Source of the DNA: an uncultured delta proteobacterium | GTDB taxonomy: Bacteria > Desulfobacterota > Binatia > UBA9968 | Direction of reading: 5' to 3' | Assembly (NCBI GenBank): GCA_963804165.1 | Contig: CAWDPO010000040.1 | Coordinates: 96,001-160,000, forward strand | Length of the DNA stretch: 64,000 bases | In this document: positions 1 to 10,114 of the stretch, one piece after another | Numbering within the stretch: the stretch's first letter is position 1 | Layout: every line of letters starts with the position of its first letter | Notes under the pieces: model-generated | The model's input: only the letters and a program-made list of their open reading frames with translations | Database searches by the model: none | What the model was told of the DNA's origin: nothing | Program-made: the position numbers and the translations under genes

Positions 1-380
1 GGGTTATAGCTCAGATCTCGCTCCGGCTGCAGAAGCTCGACCAGTTTCTCAAACGGTAGCTCTTGGTGAGCGTACGCTTCCAAAGAGATCTCCTTAACGC
101 GCTTCAGCAATGCTCGAAAGATCGGGTCGCCAGATACATCCGTGCGCAACACCAGAGTATTGGCGAAAAAGCCGATCAGTTCCTCGCTCTTGCTGTGAGT
201 ACGGCCGGCGATAGGAGTGCCTACGACGATGTCAGTCGCCCCCGTGTAGCGGGAGAGAAGTACTTTGAATGCCGCAAGCAAGGTCATGAACAACGTGGCC
301 CCCTCGCGATGGCTTAAGGCTTTGAGCGCTTCAGAGAGGGGCTTTGGGATCGACACAGGCTGCTTTGCGCCCCGGAACGT
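1..380 (-). CDS. NRPS, continuation of condensation domain (frameshifted at ~381; runs off window edge)
   Basis: After a one-base shift at ~381 the minus strand reads TFRGAKQPVSIPKPLSEALKALSHREGATLFMTLLAAF...IGFFANTLVLRTD...AYAHQELPFEKLVE, the C-terminal half of a C domain. Confidence 0.85.
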
Positions 381-3300
381 GCTGTATCGGCGCCCGTGGC
401 CGGTCCGCCGGCAGATGCAATACTGCCGGCGCGCCTGCGAGTTGTTGGTTCCAGTAAGCAAGCTGCTGCTCGAGTTCCTTCCCCTGCAGCCAATCACGCT
501 GCCAAACTGCATAGTCGGCATATTGAATCGGTAAGTCAGGCAGCGGCGAGGGCTTTCCATTGGAGAAAGCCTCATAGAGAATTGAAAGCTCTCGGAAGAA
601 CACCCCCATGGACCAACCATCCGATACAATATGATGCATGGTTACGAGCAAGACGTGATCGTCATCGCCTAGCCGCACCAGCTTGGATCGCAGAAGCGGC
701 CCCCGGGCCAGATCGAAGGCTCGTTGGTTTTCCTCGTCGGCAAGACGTTGCGCCTCAGCTTCTCGTTCACCCTCAGAAAGATGCATCAGTTCCACCACAG
801 GTAGCGATAGGGTGACCGATGACGAGATGACCTGAATGGGTTGCCCTTCCACCATCGAAAAGCAGGTCCGCAGCGCTTCGTGCCGTCGCACGATCTCGTT
901 GAGACTCTGCTCAAGCGCTGCTACGCTCAGCGTGCCCTTAAGCCGTATCCCGTTCGCAAGATTGTAAACCGAACTGTTCGGCTCGAGTTGATCCAAGAAC
1001 CACAACCGCGTTTGCGCGAAGGAGAGCGGCAAATCACCGTCTCGCAAAGTCGCGGGCATGGAGAGTCTTGTGATTTCTTGTGTTGCGCGCTGAGACTCTT
1101 CGACGCCCTTGGCGAGGCCAGCTATGGTGGGCGCCTCAAATAGAGCGCGTAACGGTAGCTCAATTTGGCTGGCCTTACGCAGCCGGGAAATCACTTGCAT
1201 GGCCAACAAAGAATGGCCGCCGAATTCAAAAAAGTTGTCATGAATACCGATGCGCTCAAGCTTCAGTACCTCTGCCCAGATCCCTGCGAGCCCCTCCTCG
1301 ACCTGGGTTCGAGGCGCCACATAGCTCACTTCTGGCTCAGGTTTGCTCTGGTCCGGTGGCGGAAGGGCCCTTCGATTCGCTTTTCCGTTGGGAAGGAGCG
1401 GCAATGAATCTAGAAACACGAAGGCCGTGGGGAACATGTATTCGGGCAGCTTTTGTTTTAGAAAACTGCGCAAATCGTTTGTCGATAAGGCTGGATGCTG
1501 ATTCGGAACGATATAGGCCACCAGCCGTTTGTCGCCGAGAACGTCCTCGCGCGCCACGACTACAGCTTCGCGAACCGAAGGGTGCTGACCCAGTGCTGAT
1601 TCAATCTCACCCAGCTCGATGCGAAAACCACGGATCTTGACCTGATCATCGATACGACCAATAAACTCGATATTTCCATCACTCAGGAAACGAGCTAGAT
1701 CTCCGGTCCTGTATAGACGCGCACCGGGTAGGGAGCTAAAGGGACTGGCAATAAAATTTTCGGCCGTGAGCGCCGGTCGGTTCAAGTAGCCGCGGGCCAA
1801 GCCGACTCCACCAATATAAACCTCTCCATTCACGCCGACAGGAACAGGTTGTAGATCGTTGTCCAGAAGATAGATCTGCGCGTTGGCAATAGGATTGCCG
1901 ATCGTCACTCTATTGGATGAAAATATTTTGCCAGCACTCGCGTTTGCGGTTGTTTCGGTCGGGCCGTAGAGGTTCCATATCTCAAGAGCGGGCAGCGCGG
2001 TAAAGGACTTCTCGACCAACTCCTCATTGAGTTGCTCGCCACCGAGAAATAGGGCCGAGAGGTCTTCGGTCGGCGTTGCGGTCTGACCAGATTGTTGGAT
2101 GCCGTCCAGTATGACCTTCCATAACGATACTACGCAATTGATACCGACTCTGCCCTTTTTCTGAATCTCCGGGAGATAGGCAGCAGGGTCGGCCACTACA
2201 TCGCGTGGAACAAGGCACACTTCTTTACCGCGTAACAGTGGAGCGAACAGTTGTTTCAGGCAAGCATCGAAGGTGATCTCGGTGATCATCGGTACGGTGC
2301 CTATAGCATCATTCAATAAACAGCTGTTCACCCAGTGAAGATAGTTCACCAAGCTCCTGTGCTCGATCATGACTCCCTTGGGTTGTCCCGTTGAGCCTGA
2401 GGTGTAGGTCACATAAGCCAATCCGGTGGGCGTTCCCCGGAGGATCGGGTTTTCGATGCGTTCTTGCCGAATAGTTACCCACTCCGGGTCGAGGCACAAA
2501 AGATGCGCTTCACCTGAAGGGAGACGTTCAATCAGCGGCTGCTGCGTCACCAGGACCGAAGTTTGTGTGTCTTGCAGGAAAAACACGAGCCGTTCGTTCG
2601 GCGACTCGTGATCCAGCGGTACATAGGCTCCGCCAGTTTTCAGGATGCCCAGCACTGCAACGACCATCTCCAACGAGCGCTCCATGAAGATGCCGACCAA
2701 CAGCTCTGGCCCCACTCCGAGTCGTATGAGGTAGTGCGCCAACTGATTGGCTCGCTGATTGAGCTCTCGATAAGTGATCTCCTGATTCTCGAAGACAACG
2801 GCGATGGCGTCAGGTGTTCGTTCTACTTGTTCCTCAAATAACTGGTGAACGCATTTGTCCTCAGGATAGTCGCGCTTCGTGTCATTCCACTCAACCAGGA
2901 GCTGATGCTGCTCGGCATTCGTCAGCAGCGAGAAATCCAAAAGCCGCCTGGCCGGGTCAGCCACGATCTCCTTCAAAAGGTTCTCAAAGTGACTCAACAT
3001 CCGTTCGATCGTCGATCCATCAAACAGATCAGTGTTGTATTGCAGGTGTGCACGCAGTCCTTCGTTCTCCTCTCGAATCGACAGAGTCAGATCAAATTTC
3101 GCTGTATCGCTGCCGCCGACTACAGGACTTACACTCAACCCTTGAAACTTCAGAGTTGTAGCCGGAGCATTCTGAAAAACGAACATCACCTGGAATAGCG
3201 GCGAGTGACTGAGGTTGCGTTGCGGCTGCAACTCTTCCACCAGCTTCTCAAACGGTACATCTTGGTGGGCATAGGCCTCGAAAGCGGTTACCCGCGCCCG

Positions 3301-4254
3301 AGCCAGTAGCTCGCGAAAGGTAGGATTGCCGGATAGATCACCACGCAGCACCAGAGTGTTGACAAGAAACCCAATCAAATCCTCCATCTCGGCCCGAGTC
3401 CGACCCGCAATCGGAGAACCCGTCACAATGTCCTCTTGCCCGGTATATCGACAAAGTAAGGTCTGAAAGGCCGCTAGCAACGTCATGAAGAGAGTCGCGC
3501 CCTCCTGGCGGCTTAGTGCTTTGACCTGATCGGACAAAGCTTTGGAAAGCTCTAGTGAATGTCCGGCTCCACGATAGCTCTGAACCGCCGGGCGTCGCCG
3601 ATCGGTAGGCAACTGTAAAGTAGGAATATTCTCCAGCTGCTTCTTCCAGTAGGAAAGCTGAGTGTCTAAAATTTCTCCCTTGAGCCAATCACGCTGCCAA
3701 ACTGCATAGTCGGCATATTGAATCGGTAAGTCAGGCAGCGGCGAGGGCTTTCCATTGGAGAAAGCCTCATAGAGAATTGAAAGCTCTCGGAAAAACACCC
3801 CCATGGACCAACCATCCGAGACAATATGATGCATGGTTACGAGCAAGACGTGATCGTCATCGCCTAGCCGCACCAGCTTGGATCGCAGAAGCGGCCCCCG
3901 GGCCAGATCGAAGGCTCGTTGGTTTTCCTCGTCGGCAAGACGTTGCGCCTCAGCTTCTCGTTCAGCCTCGGAAAGATGACTGAGATCCAAAAGAGGCAAA
4001 GACAGTGTGAAAGATGAGGAGATGACCTGAATGGGTCGCCCTTGCACCATCGAAAAGCTGGTCCGCAGCGCTTCGTGCCGTCGCACGATCTCGTTGAGAC
4101 TCTGCTCAAGCGCTGCTACGCTCAGCGTGCCCTTAAGCCGTATCCCGTTCGCAAGATTGTAAACCGAACTGTTCGGCTCGAGTTGATCCAAGAACCACAA
4201 CCGCGCTTGCGCGAAGGAGAGCGGCAAATCACCGTCTCGCAAAGTCGCGGGCAT
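331..4254 (-). CDS. NRPS segment: C-A-T-C(partial)
   Basis: Two HHIVSDGWS C-domain cores, A-domain motifs YTSGSTGQPKG, NLYGPTE, YRTGD, QVKIRGFRIELGEIE, and T-domain GGHSLL. It is joined to the upstream ORF by a frameshift at 4370-4372. Confidence 0.95.
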   Translation of the reverse strand: MPATLRDGDLPLSFAQARLWFLDQLEPNSSVYNLANGIRLKGTLSVAALEQSLNEIVRRHEALRTSFSMVQGRPIQVISSSFTLSLPLLDLSHLSEAEREAEAQRLADEENQRAFDLARGPLLRSKLVRLGDDDHVLLVTMHHIVSDGWSMGVFFRELSILYEAFSNGKPSPLPDLPIQYADYAVWQRDWLKGEILDTQLSYWKKQLENIPTLQLPTDRRRPAVQSYRGAGHSLELSKALSDQVKALSRQEGATLFMTLLAAFQTLLCRYTGQEDIVTGSPIAGRTRAEMEDLIGFLVNTLVLRGDLSGNPTFRELLARARVTAFEAYAHQDVPFEKLVEELQPQRNLSHSPLFQVMFVFQNAPATTLKFQGLSVSPVVGGSDTAKFDLTLSIREENEGLRAHLQYNTDLFDGSTIERMLSHFENLLKEIVADPARRLLDFSLLTNAEQHQLLVEWNDTKRDYPEDKCVHQLFEEQVERTPDAIAVVFENQEITYRELNQRANQLAHYLIRLGVGPELLVGIFMERSLEMVVAVLGILKTGGAYVPLDHESPNERLVFFLQDTQTSVLVTQQPLIERLPSGEAHLLCLDPEWVTIRQERIENPILRGTPTGLAYVTYTSGSTGQPKGVMIEHRSLVNYLHWVNSCLLNDAIGTVPMITEITFDACLKQLFAPLLRGKEVCLVPRDVVADPAAYLPEIQKKGRVGINCVVSLWKVILDGIQQSGQTATPTEDLSALFLGGEQLNEELVEKSFTALPALEIWNLYGPTETTANASAGKIFSSNRVTIGNPIANAQIYLLDNDLQPVPVGVNGEVYIGGVGLARGYLNRPALTAENFIASPFSSLPGARLYRTGDLARFLSDGNIEFIGRIDDQVKIRGFRIELGEIESALGQHPSVREAVVVAREDVLGDKRLVAYIVPNQHPALSTNDLRSFLKQKLPEYMFPTAFVFLDSLPLLPNGKANRRALPPPDQSKPEPEVSYVAPRTQVEEGLAGIWAEVLKLERIGIHDNFFEFGGHSLLAMQVISRLRKASQIELPLRALFEAPTIAGLAKGVEESQRATQEITRLSMPATLRDGDLPLSFAQTRLWFLDQLEPNSSVYNLANGIRLKGTLSVAALEQSLNEIVRRHEALRTCFSMVEGQPIQVISSSVTLSLPVVELMHLSEGEREAEAQRLADEENQRAFDLARGPLLRSKLVRLGDDDHVLLVTMHHIVSDGWSMGVFFRELSILYEAFSNGKPSPLPDLPIQYADYAVWQRDWLQGKELEQQLAYWNQQLAGAPAVLHLPADRPRAPIQHVPGRKAACVDPKAPL
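488..1281. repeat. Direct repeat copy 1 of NRPS T-C junction (~0.8 kb)
   Basis: Near-identical to 3683-4478 (offset ~3195), with long stretches identical base for base. Confidence 0.9.
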
Positions 4255-4478
4255 GGAGAGTCTTGTGATTTCTTGTGTTGCGCGCTGAGACTCTTCGACG
4301 CCCTTGGCGAGGCCAGCTATGGTGGGCGCCTCAAATAGAGCGCGTAACGGTAGCTCAATTTGGCTGGCCTTTACGCAGCCGGGCGATCACTTGAGTGGCC
4401 AACAAAGAATGGCCTCCTAATTCAAAAAAGTTGTCATGAATACCCACTCGCTCAAGCTTCAGCACCTCTACCCAGATA
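3683..4478. repeat. Direct repeat copy 2 of NRPS T-C junction
   Basis: Near-identical to 488-1281 but carries one extra T (GGCCTTTACGC versus GGCCTTACGC). Confidence 0.9.
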
Positions 4479-5872
4479 CCGACCAATATCTCCTCCACAG
4501 AACTGCGCGGCGCCACGTAATTTTCTTCCAATCCGATTACACTTTGATCAGGAGGGGGAAGCGCTCTTTGGTCTACCTTGCCGTTGGGGGTACGTGGGAG
4601 CTCGGCTAAATGCACAAACGCTGAAGGCACCATGTAATCGGGCAATTTCTGTTTGAGGAAACTGCGCAAATTTTGCGCTGACGGAGCGGGCTGTTGCTTT
4701 GAAGTGAAATATCCGACGAGCCGTTTGTCGTCCGGAACGTCCTCGCGCGCGAGGATCACACATTCCCGGACCCCTGGGTGTTGACTCAGTGTCGCCTCGA
4801 TCTCTCCGGGCTCAATCCGCACGCCGCGTATTTTTACCTGAAAGTCCTTCCGTCCAGTAAACGCGATGGTTCCGTCAGAGAGTAAGCGCCCCATGTCTCC
4901 AGTGCGGTAGATGTGTTTGGTTCCGCCTTCCGGATCGGGCACGAACGCAGCCATGGCAATTTCCGGTTTTTGCCAATACCCCAGTGCGAGATGTTCGCTT
5001 CTGATCCCTATTTCTCCGTAGATCTCAGTTTGTTCGCCTGCTTCGTTGAGCAAAAGAATCTCGGTGTCCTGGACCGGATAGCCTACCGGCACTATGTTGC
5101 CAATGACCTGTGTCTCGTGATTGATGAAATACTGTAAGGCTAACGTGGACTCGGTGGGCCCCAGACCATTAACAAAAATGGCATTCACGGAGAAATGCCG
5201 CCGGAAGAGATCAATATCCTTTTTTAGTACTTCTTCTCCGCCAAGAACAGCCAAACGAATTGCCGAAAGATCCTCCCTGCCCGTCAACGAGGCAACGAGG
5301 TAACGATAGACGGTAGGCGTAGAGTGATAGATGGTGATTTTTTCCTCGACCATGCGTGCGAGCAACGTGGTTGGGTCTTCTTCTTTGACGTCCATCGGAT
5401 ACAAGGTCGCTCCGTTCAACAGGGCGCCGAATATATCCATGACCGCGGCATCGAAACCATAGGACGGAATAAGCGTCAGCCGATCATCAGCGTTGAGATG
5501 CAGACTGTTCGTATAGTTGGCGATGTGATGCAAAACATTGCGATGGCTCTGGACCACTCCTTTGGGCTGTCCCGTTGAGCCTGAGGTGTAGAGAATATAG
5601 GCTAGCGCGTTCGGCAAAATTGGCAGGTCGAGATTAGCCGTCGATACGGCGTCGTCGATCTCATTGATATCGATAATTTTCAACGGGCCGGTGGCTAACA
5701 TCTTGGCAACGGCAATGGTGTCGCGAGTGGTGAGGAGAGCCGTCGCCTGGGAATCTTCCAGGATATGAGCCAGTCTTTCTTTCGGATGAGTAAGATCTAG
5801 CGGAACATAAGTGTTTCCACTCTTCAGCACTCCGAAAATAGCGGCAATCATCGGCGCGTCGTGCTCGAACAA
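4355..5872 (-). CDS. NRPS segment: adenylation + thiolation domain (A-domain reading extends upstream to ~6055 across frameshifts)
   Basis: YTSGSTGQPKG, NGLGPTE, YRTGD, QVKIRGVRIEPGEIE and GGHSLL. The upstream sequence reads PHQVAVKTRNYRWTYAELNGAANQIA in the same frame. Confidence 0.92.
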   Translation of the reverse strand: MFEHDAPMIAAIFGVLKSGNTYVPLDLTHPKERLAHILEDSQATALLTTRDTIAVAKMLATGPLKIIDINEIDDAVSTANLDLPILPNALAYILYTSGSTGQPKGVVQSHRNVLHHIANYTNSLHLNADDRLTLIPSYGFDAAVMDIFGALLNGATLYPMDVKEEDPTTLLARMVEEKITIYHSTPTVYRYLVASLTGREDLSAIRLAVLGGEEVLKKDIDLFRRHFSVNAIFVNGLGPTESTLALQYFINHETQVIGNIVPVGYPVQDTEILLLNEAGEQTEIYGEIGIRSEHLALGYWQKPEIAMAAFVPDPEGGTKHIYRTGDMGRLLSDGTIAFTGRKDFQVKIRGVRIEPGEIEATLSQHPGVRECVILAREDVPDDKRLVGYFTSKQQPAPSAQNLRSFLKQKLPDYMVPSAFVHLAELPRTPNGKVDQRALPPPDQSVIGLEENYVAPRSSVEEILVGIWVEVLKLERVGIHDNFFELGGHSLLATQVIARLRKGQPN

Positions 5873-6048
5873 GAGGGCAATCCGTTGTTCTCCGCCGTCG
5901 CACGAGCGTAGTATCGTTTGCGCTATTTGGTTGGCTGCGCCATTGAGCTCAGCGTACGTCCACCGATAATTGCGGGTTTTGACGGCGACCTGATGAGGAT
6001 TGAGCGTTCACCTGCTTTTCAAACCGCCCTGAAATGGATTGCTCGATA

Positions 6049-9000
6049 TCATCTTTTTCTAAACTCAATGAAGGAATTGTCTGGAGCGATTCGATTCCGT
6101 CGGGCGCGAAGTTGATTCCGCTCAGCTTCGCTAAAGAGCGGGAGCGACGAGATTCGCTGTTGTGAATTCGCCGTTATAGCCTCTAGCAGAGTATGATAAT
6201 GACTCAGTAACCGGCTAATTGTAGTCGGCTCGAACAAGTCGGGGTTATAAACCAACGAAAGCCAAATCGCTCCGTCTCGATCCCCCGCATACAAAGTCAG
6301 GTCAAAATTCGATGCTGGCTCGTCAAACTCAAGCAGTTCTGCTGTCAGTCCCGGTAGGTTGAGCGCTTCATCTTCACCGAACTCGAGCATGTTGAAAAAA
6401 ACCTGGAACAAGGGCGTACGGCTTAGGTCGCGATCGGGCCGGAGCTCTTCCAACAGCTTCTCAAAGGGCAGATCTTGATGCGTGTAAGCATCCAAAGCCA
6501 CCCGGCGTACCCGGGCCAATAAATCCGGGAAAGTGGGGTTATCCGAAAGCTCTGTACGCAGCACCAGGCTGTTCAGAAAAAATCCGATCAGTCCCTCCGT
6601 CTCGATTTGGTGCCGACCCGCTATGGGCGAGCCCACAGTTATGTCACTCTGCCCGGTGTAGCGCTGCAATAGGATCTGAAATGCTGCGAGCAAAGTCATG
6701 AACAACGTAACGTTCTCCTGATGACTTAACATCATGAGTGCGTCAGACAGAGCCTTGGATAAAACTAAGGAATCCCTTGCGCCCCGGTACGTTTGCACTG
6801 GAGATCGCGGATGATCGGTGGGTAGCGCGAGCACCGGCACGCTCTCGAGCTGCTGTTTCCAATAGGAGATCTGAGTCGTTAGCGATTCCCCTTGGAGCCA
6901 CTGTCGTTGCCAGAGAGCAAAGTCTTTGTACTGGATCGGTAGTTCAGGTAGCGACGATTTTTCGCCGGCAGCGTAGGCCTGATAGAGCACCGAAAGTTCG
7001 TGGAAGATTACCCCCATGGACCAACCGTCCGAAACAATGTGGTGCATGGTTACAAGGAAAATGTGATGCTGTGAGCCTAGCCGGATCAAGACGGAGCGCA
7101 GTAGAGGCGCTTGAGCCAAATCGAAGGGGCGTTTAGCCTCCGCGGTCATCATTTGCCGGGCTCGATAATCCCGTTTGTCTAGAGGAAGATCCTGCAAGTC
7201 CACCACGGACATAGCTATCGTCAGGCTCGGAGCGATAACCTGAATCGGTTCTCCGTCGACCATAGCGAACGTGGTACGCAGGGCTTCGTGGCGGCGCACG
7301 ATCTCGTTAAGACTCTGATTCAGTGCTGGGATATCGAGTGATCCGGTGAGGCGAACCGCGGTCGGCATGTTGTAGGTTGGATTACCTGGCTCCAACCGAT
7401 CCAGAACCCACAATCGCTGTTGCGCAAAGGAGAGGGGAAAATGACCGTGCCATGAAACAGGGCGTAGGGGCGGAACAAATTGCGAATCCTCTTCGGTTCG
7501 CCGGGCGCTCTCTACCAGCTCGGCTAGACCGGCTATCGTCGGCGCTTCAAATAGAAGTCGTAGTGGAAAGTCGCTTCGGAAGGCACGCCGCAAGCGGGAA
7601 ATCACCCGGGTAGCGAGTAACGAGTGACCCCCTAATTCGAAGAAATTGTCGTGAACGCCAATCCGCTCAAGCTTCAGCACTTCGGTCCAGATACCAGCTA
7701 CTTCCTCCTCGATCGGGTTTCGAACAGGTACGAACGTGACCGTTTCGGGTCTGAGCCGGTCGGGCGCCGGCAGTGCGCGGCGGTCTATCTTGCCGTTTGG
7801 AGTGAGGGGAAGGGCCTCAAGTGAGACAAACGCCGAGGGCACCATATAGAGGGGCAACTTATTTGTCAGAAAGTCACGCAGCTCCGCAGTGGAAGGAGAT
7901 AAAGCTTGGTTCGGAACAACATAAGCCACCAGTTGTTTATCGCTGCTTGTATCTCCCCAGGCTAAGACCACGGCTTGGTCAACAGCGAAATGTTGCTCCA
8001 GCACAGTTTCAATTTCACTCAGCTCTATGCGGAAACCGCGGATTTTGACTTGGTTATCGATGCGTCCGAGGAACTCAATGTTACCGTCCGGCAGATAGCG
8101 AGCTGAGTCACCCGTTCGATACAACCTTTTGCCCCGTTCGTCGCTAAAAGGATTTGGCAGGAACTTTTCCGAGGTAGCCTCGGGCCTGCCCCGGTAGCCC
8201 CGGGCTAGACCGTCACCGCCTATGAACAGTTCCCCGGCCACCCCTATGGGGACGGGCTGCATATCGTGATCCAGAATATAAACTTGTGTGTTTGCAATTG
8301 GTCGGCCGATGGTAGCCGGTCCGGTAGAGTGTCTTAAAGCGAACGTGGAATAAGTGGTGTCCTCAGAGGGCCCATACAAGTCGAAAACTTGCCGAACCGT
8401 GCCCTGTTCATAGAGTTGCTCCACCAGCCGCGGGCTGAGGGGTTCACCGGCCAAGCATATCGTCTCCACGGATGGCGGAAGGTCTCCGCTCCTCAACAAC
8501 TCCGCGACAGCCGAAGGCACAGTGTTGATTAGAGTGACATCAGCGGCAACATCCAAAGTGGACAGGTGCAATGCATTTTCAACCAGGATCACCTTGCCCC
8601 CGTGGCTTAGCGGGAGGAATATTTCGAAAACTGAAAGATCAAAGCAGATTGAGGTGGAGGCGAGCACTCCCCGGGTCTCTTCTCGCGCAAAGACATCCAT
8701 GGCCCAATGCAGCAGTGTGACGGCGCTGTGATGCTCAATGGCCACTCCTTTGGGCACTCCCGTGGAGCCAGAGGTATAGATGACATAGGCGAGGTTTTCC
8801 GCGGTAAGCTCGCCCACCGGATTTTCCTCACTGTGGCAGTCAATCATCCGCCCATCTGCATCCATACAAACCAAGCTTCCATGGCGCGGCGGTAGTTTCG
8901 CAACCAAGGATTGCTGTGTGAGCAGCACGGAAAGGTGAGCATCCTCGAGCATGAAGGCCAATCTTTCCTTTGGATACGCTGGGTCGAGAGGCACATAAGT

Positions 9001-9345
9001 CCCGCCGGCTTTGAGGATGCCGAGGATGCCTATGATCATCTCCGGAGATCGCTCCATAAACACGCCAACGAGGATCTCCGGGCGGACTCCGAGGACGCGC
9101 AGGTAATGCGCCAGCTGGTTGGCCCGAATGTTGAGCTCGCGATAGGTTAGTTGATTGCCGTCGAATAAGACGGCGATAGCGTCCGGGGTTTTCTCTGCCT
9201 GAGTCTCAAATAGCTGATGGATACACCGGTTTTTGGGATAATCTCGCCGCGTGTCGTTCCACTCAACAAGCAGTTGACGTCGTTCGGCTTCGCTAATCAT
9301 GCACAACCCTGACTGAGGCTCAGCCATAAGCCGTCTCCTCGACAA
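6049..9345 (-). CDS. NRPS first segment: A-T-C; A domain pocket resembles Ala-type
   Basis: YTSGSTGVPKG, FDLSVFE, LYGPSEDTTYST, GGHSLL, HHIVSDGWS. The hand-read pocket ~DLFNCALTYK is close to the Ala code DLFNNALTYK (inference). Confidence 0.95.
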   Translation of the reverse strand: MSRRRLMAEPQSGLCMISEAERRQLLVEWNDTRRDYPKNRCIHQLFETQAEKTPDAIAVLFDGNQLTYRELNIRANQLAHYLRVLGVRPEILVGVFMERSPEMIIGILGILKAGGTYVPLDPAYPKERLAFMLEDAHLSVLLTQQSLVAKLPPRHGSLVCMDADGRMIDCHSEENPVGELTAENLAYVIYTSGSTGVPKGVAIEHHSAVTLLHWAMDVFAREETRGVLASTSICFDLSVFEIFLPLSHGGKVILVENALHLSTLDVAADVTLINTVPSAVAELLRSGDLPPSVETICLAGEPLSPRLVEQLYEQGTVRQVFDLYGPSEDTTYSTFALRHSTGPATIGRPIANTQVYILDHDMQPVPIGVAGELFIGGDGLARGYRGRPEATSEKFLPNPFSDERGKRLYRTGDSARYLPDGNIEFLGRIDNQVKIRGFRIELSEIETVLEQHFAVDQAVVLAWGDTSSDKQLVAYVVPNQALSPSTAELRDFLTNKLPLYMVPSAFVSLEALPLTPNGKIDRRALPAPDRLRPETVTFVPVRNPIEEEVAGIWTEVLKLERIGVHDNFFELGGHSLLATRVISRLRRAFRSDFPLRLLFEAPTIAGLAELVESARRTEEDSQFVPPLRPVSWHGHFPLSFAQQRLWVLDRLEPGNPTYNMPTAVRLTGSLDIPALNQSLNEIVRRHEALRTTFAMVDGEPIQVIAPSLTIAMSVVDLQDLPLDKRDYRARQMMTAEAKRPFDLAQAPLLRSVLIRLGSQHHIFLVTMHHIVSDGWSMGVIFHELSVLYQAYAAGEKSSLPELPIQYKDFALWQRQWLQGESLTTQISYWKQQLESVPVLALPTDHPRSPVQTYRGARDSLVLSKALSDALMMLSHQENVTLFMTLLAAFQILLQRYTGQSDITVGSPIAGRHQIETEGLIGFFLNSLVLRTELSDNPTFPDLLARVRRVALDAYTHQDLPFEKLLEELRPDRDLSRTPLFQVFFNMLEFGEDEALNLPGLTAELLEFDEPASNFDLTLYAGDRDGAIWLSLVYNPDLFEPTTISRLLSHYHTLLEAITANSQQRISSLPLFSEAERNQLRARRNRIAPDNSFIEFRKR

Positions 9346-9689
9346 CCCATGGCGACCAAACGAACATTACAGATAGCGGTTCTAGAATTAATTACAAGCC
9401 ACGTTACTTGGTTAATATTACAATTTTATGAAATTTGTTCGGCGCAAGACACCTCATCCACATTACACTCGCTAGCAGGAAATCTTTGAACGGATGGTCG
9501 GTCGGGAGTGTACTCACAAATTTATACTGTTCAAGAGATCAGAGGTATTGGAGAATAAATACCAAACCTGATTCGTTAACACGTCAGGCGGCAAAATCTC
9601 GAAGAGCTAATTTTTCTCGACAGAGCACTTCCTCGGGAGCGAATCCGCCAGGTTGATAAACTATTCTCGTGAAATAGGATGGTTCCTCC

Positions 9690-9878
9690 TGCCGCCGAGA
9701 GACCTTTTCGTAAATAGTGCGGATCGATTTTGGTATCGTTGAACAACGAGCCATCAAAGAATCGAATGGCGGCTGGCCGGACACCAAGACTAGGGCACAC
9801 TTTTCGACGACAGAACCACAAATCGATTTTTTATTATCGTCTCAGAATTTGACGTGATTCAAGTAGGTCGGCTGAAAA
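9690..9878 (-). pseudogene. Remnant of the 16709-17212 hypothetical family plus its upstream region
   Basis: IDPHYLRKGLS matches MDPQYLRKGLS, and 9827-9878 nearly repeats 17239-17290. Confidence 0.55.
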
Positions 9879-9979
9879 GACATCCGATTCAAACGGAATG
9901 TGGCCGATCAAGGCATTTATACCCATTATCGAGCCGTGCGAAGTGGTGAACCGGACGTGCGCTATAAAAGGGAGCGGCG

Positions 9980-10114
9980 TCAGAACGGTGTCGAGGCTAA
10001 GGTCAGGAGTGGATCATCGCCGACGCCGATCAGCCATAAGACGAACAGACTGATAACGCCAGTAGCCGATAAAGCCGCCAATAGTGCGCTCGCTATGATG
10101 ATTCTATCGTACAT
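9980..10114 (-). CDS. 44-aa hydrophobic microprotein (MYDRIIIASALLAALSATGVISLFVLWLIGVGDDPLLTLASTPF)
   Basis: Hand-translated; one clear transmembrane stretch; below the ORF-track cutoff. Confidence 0.45.
   Translation of the reverse strand: MYDRIIIASALLAALSATGVISLFVLWLIGVGDDPLLTLASTPF

Noticed and set aside
396-4656. Repeated plus-strand ORFs (e.g. HHRKAGPQRFVPSH twice)
   Set aside because: By-product of the NRPS internal duplication.
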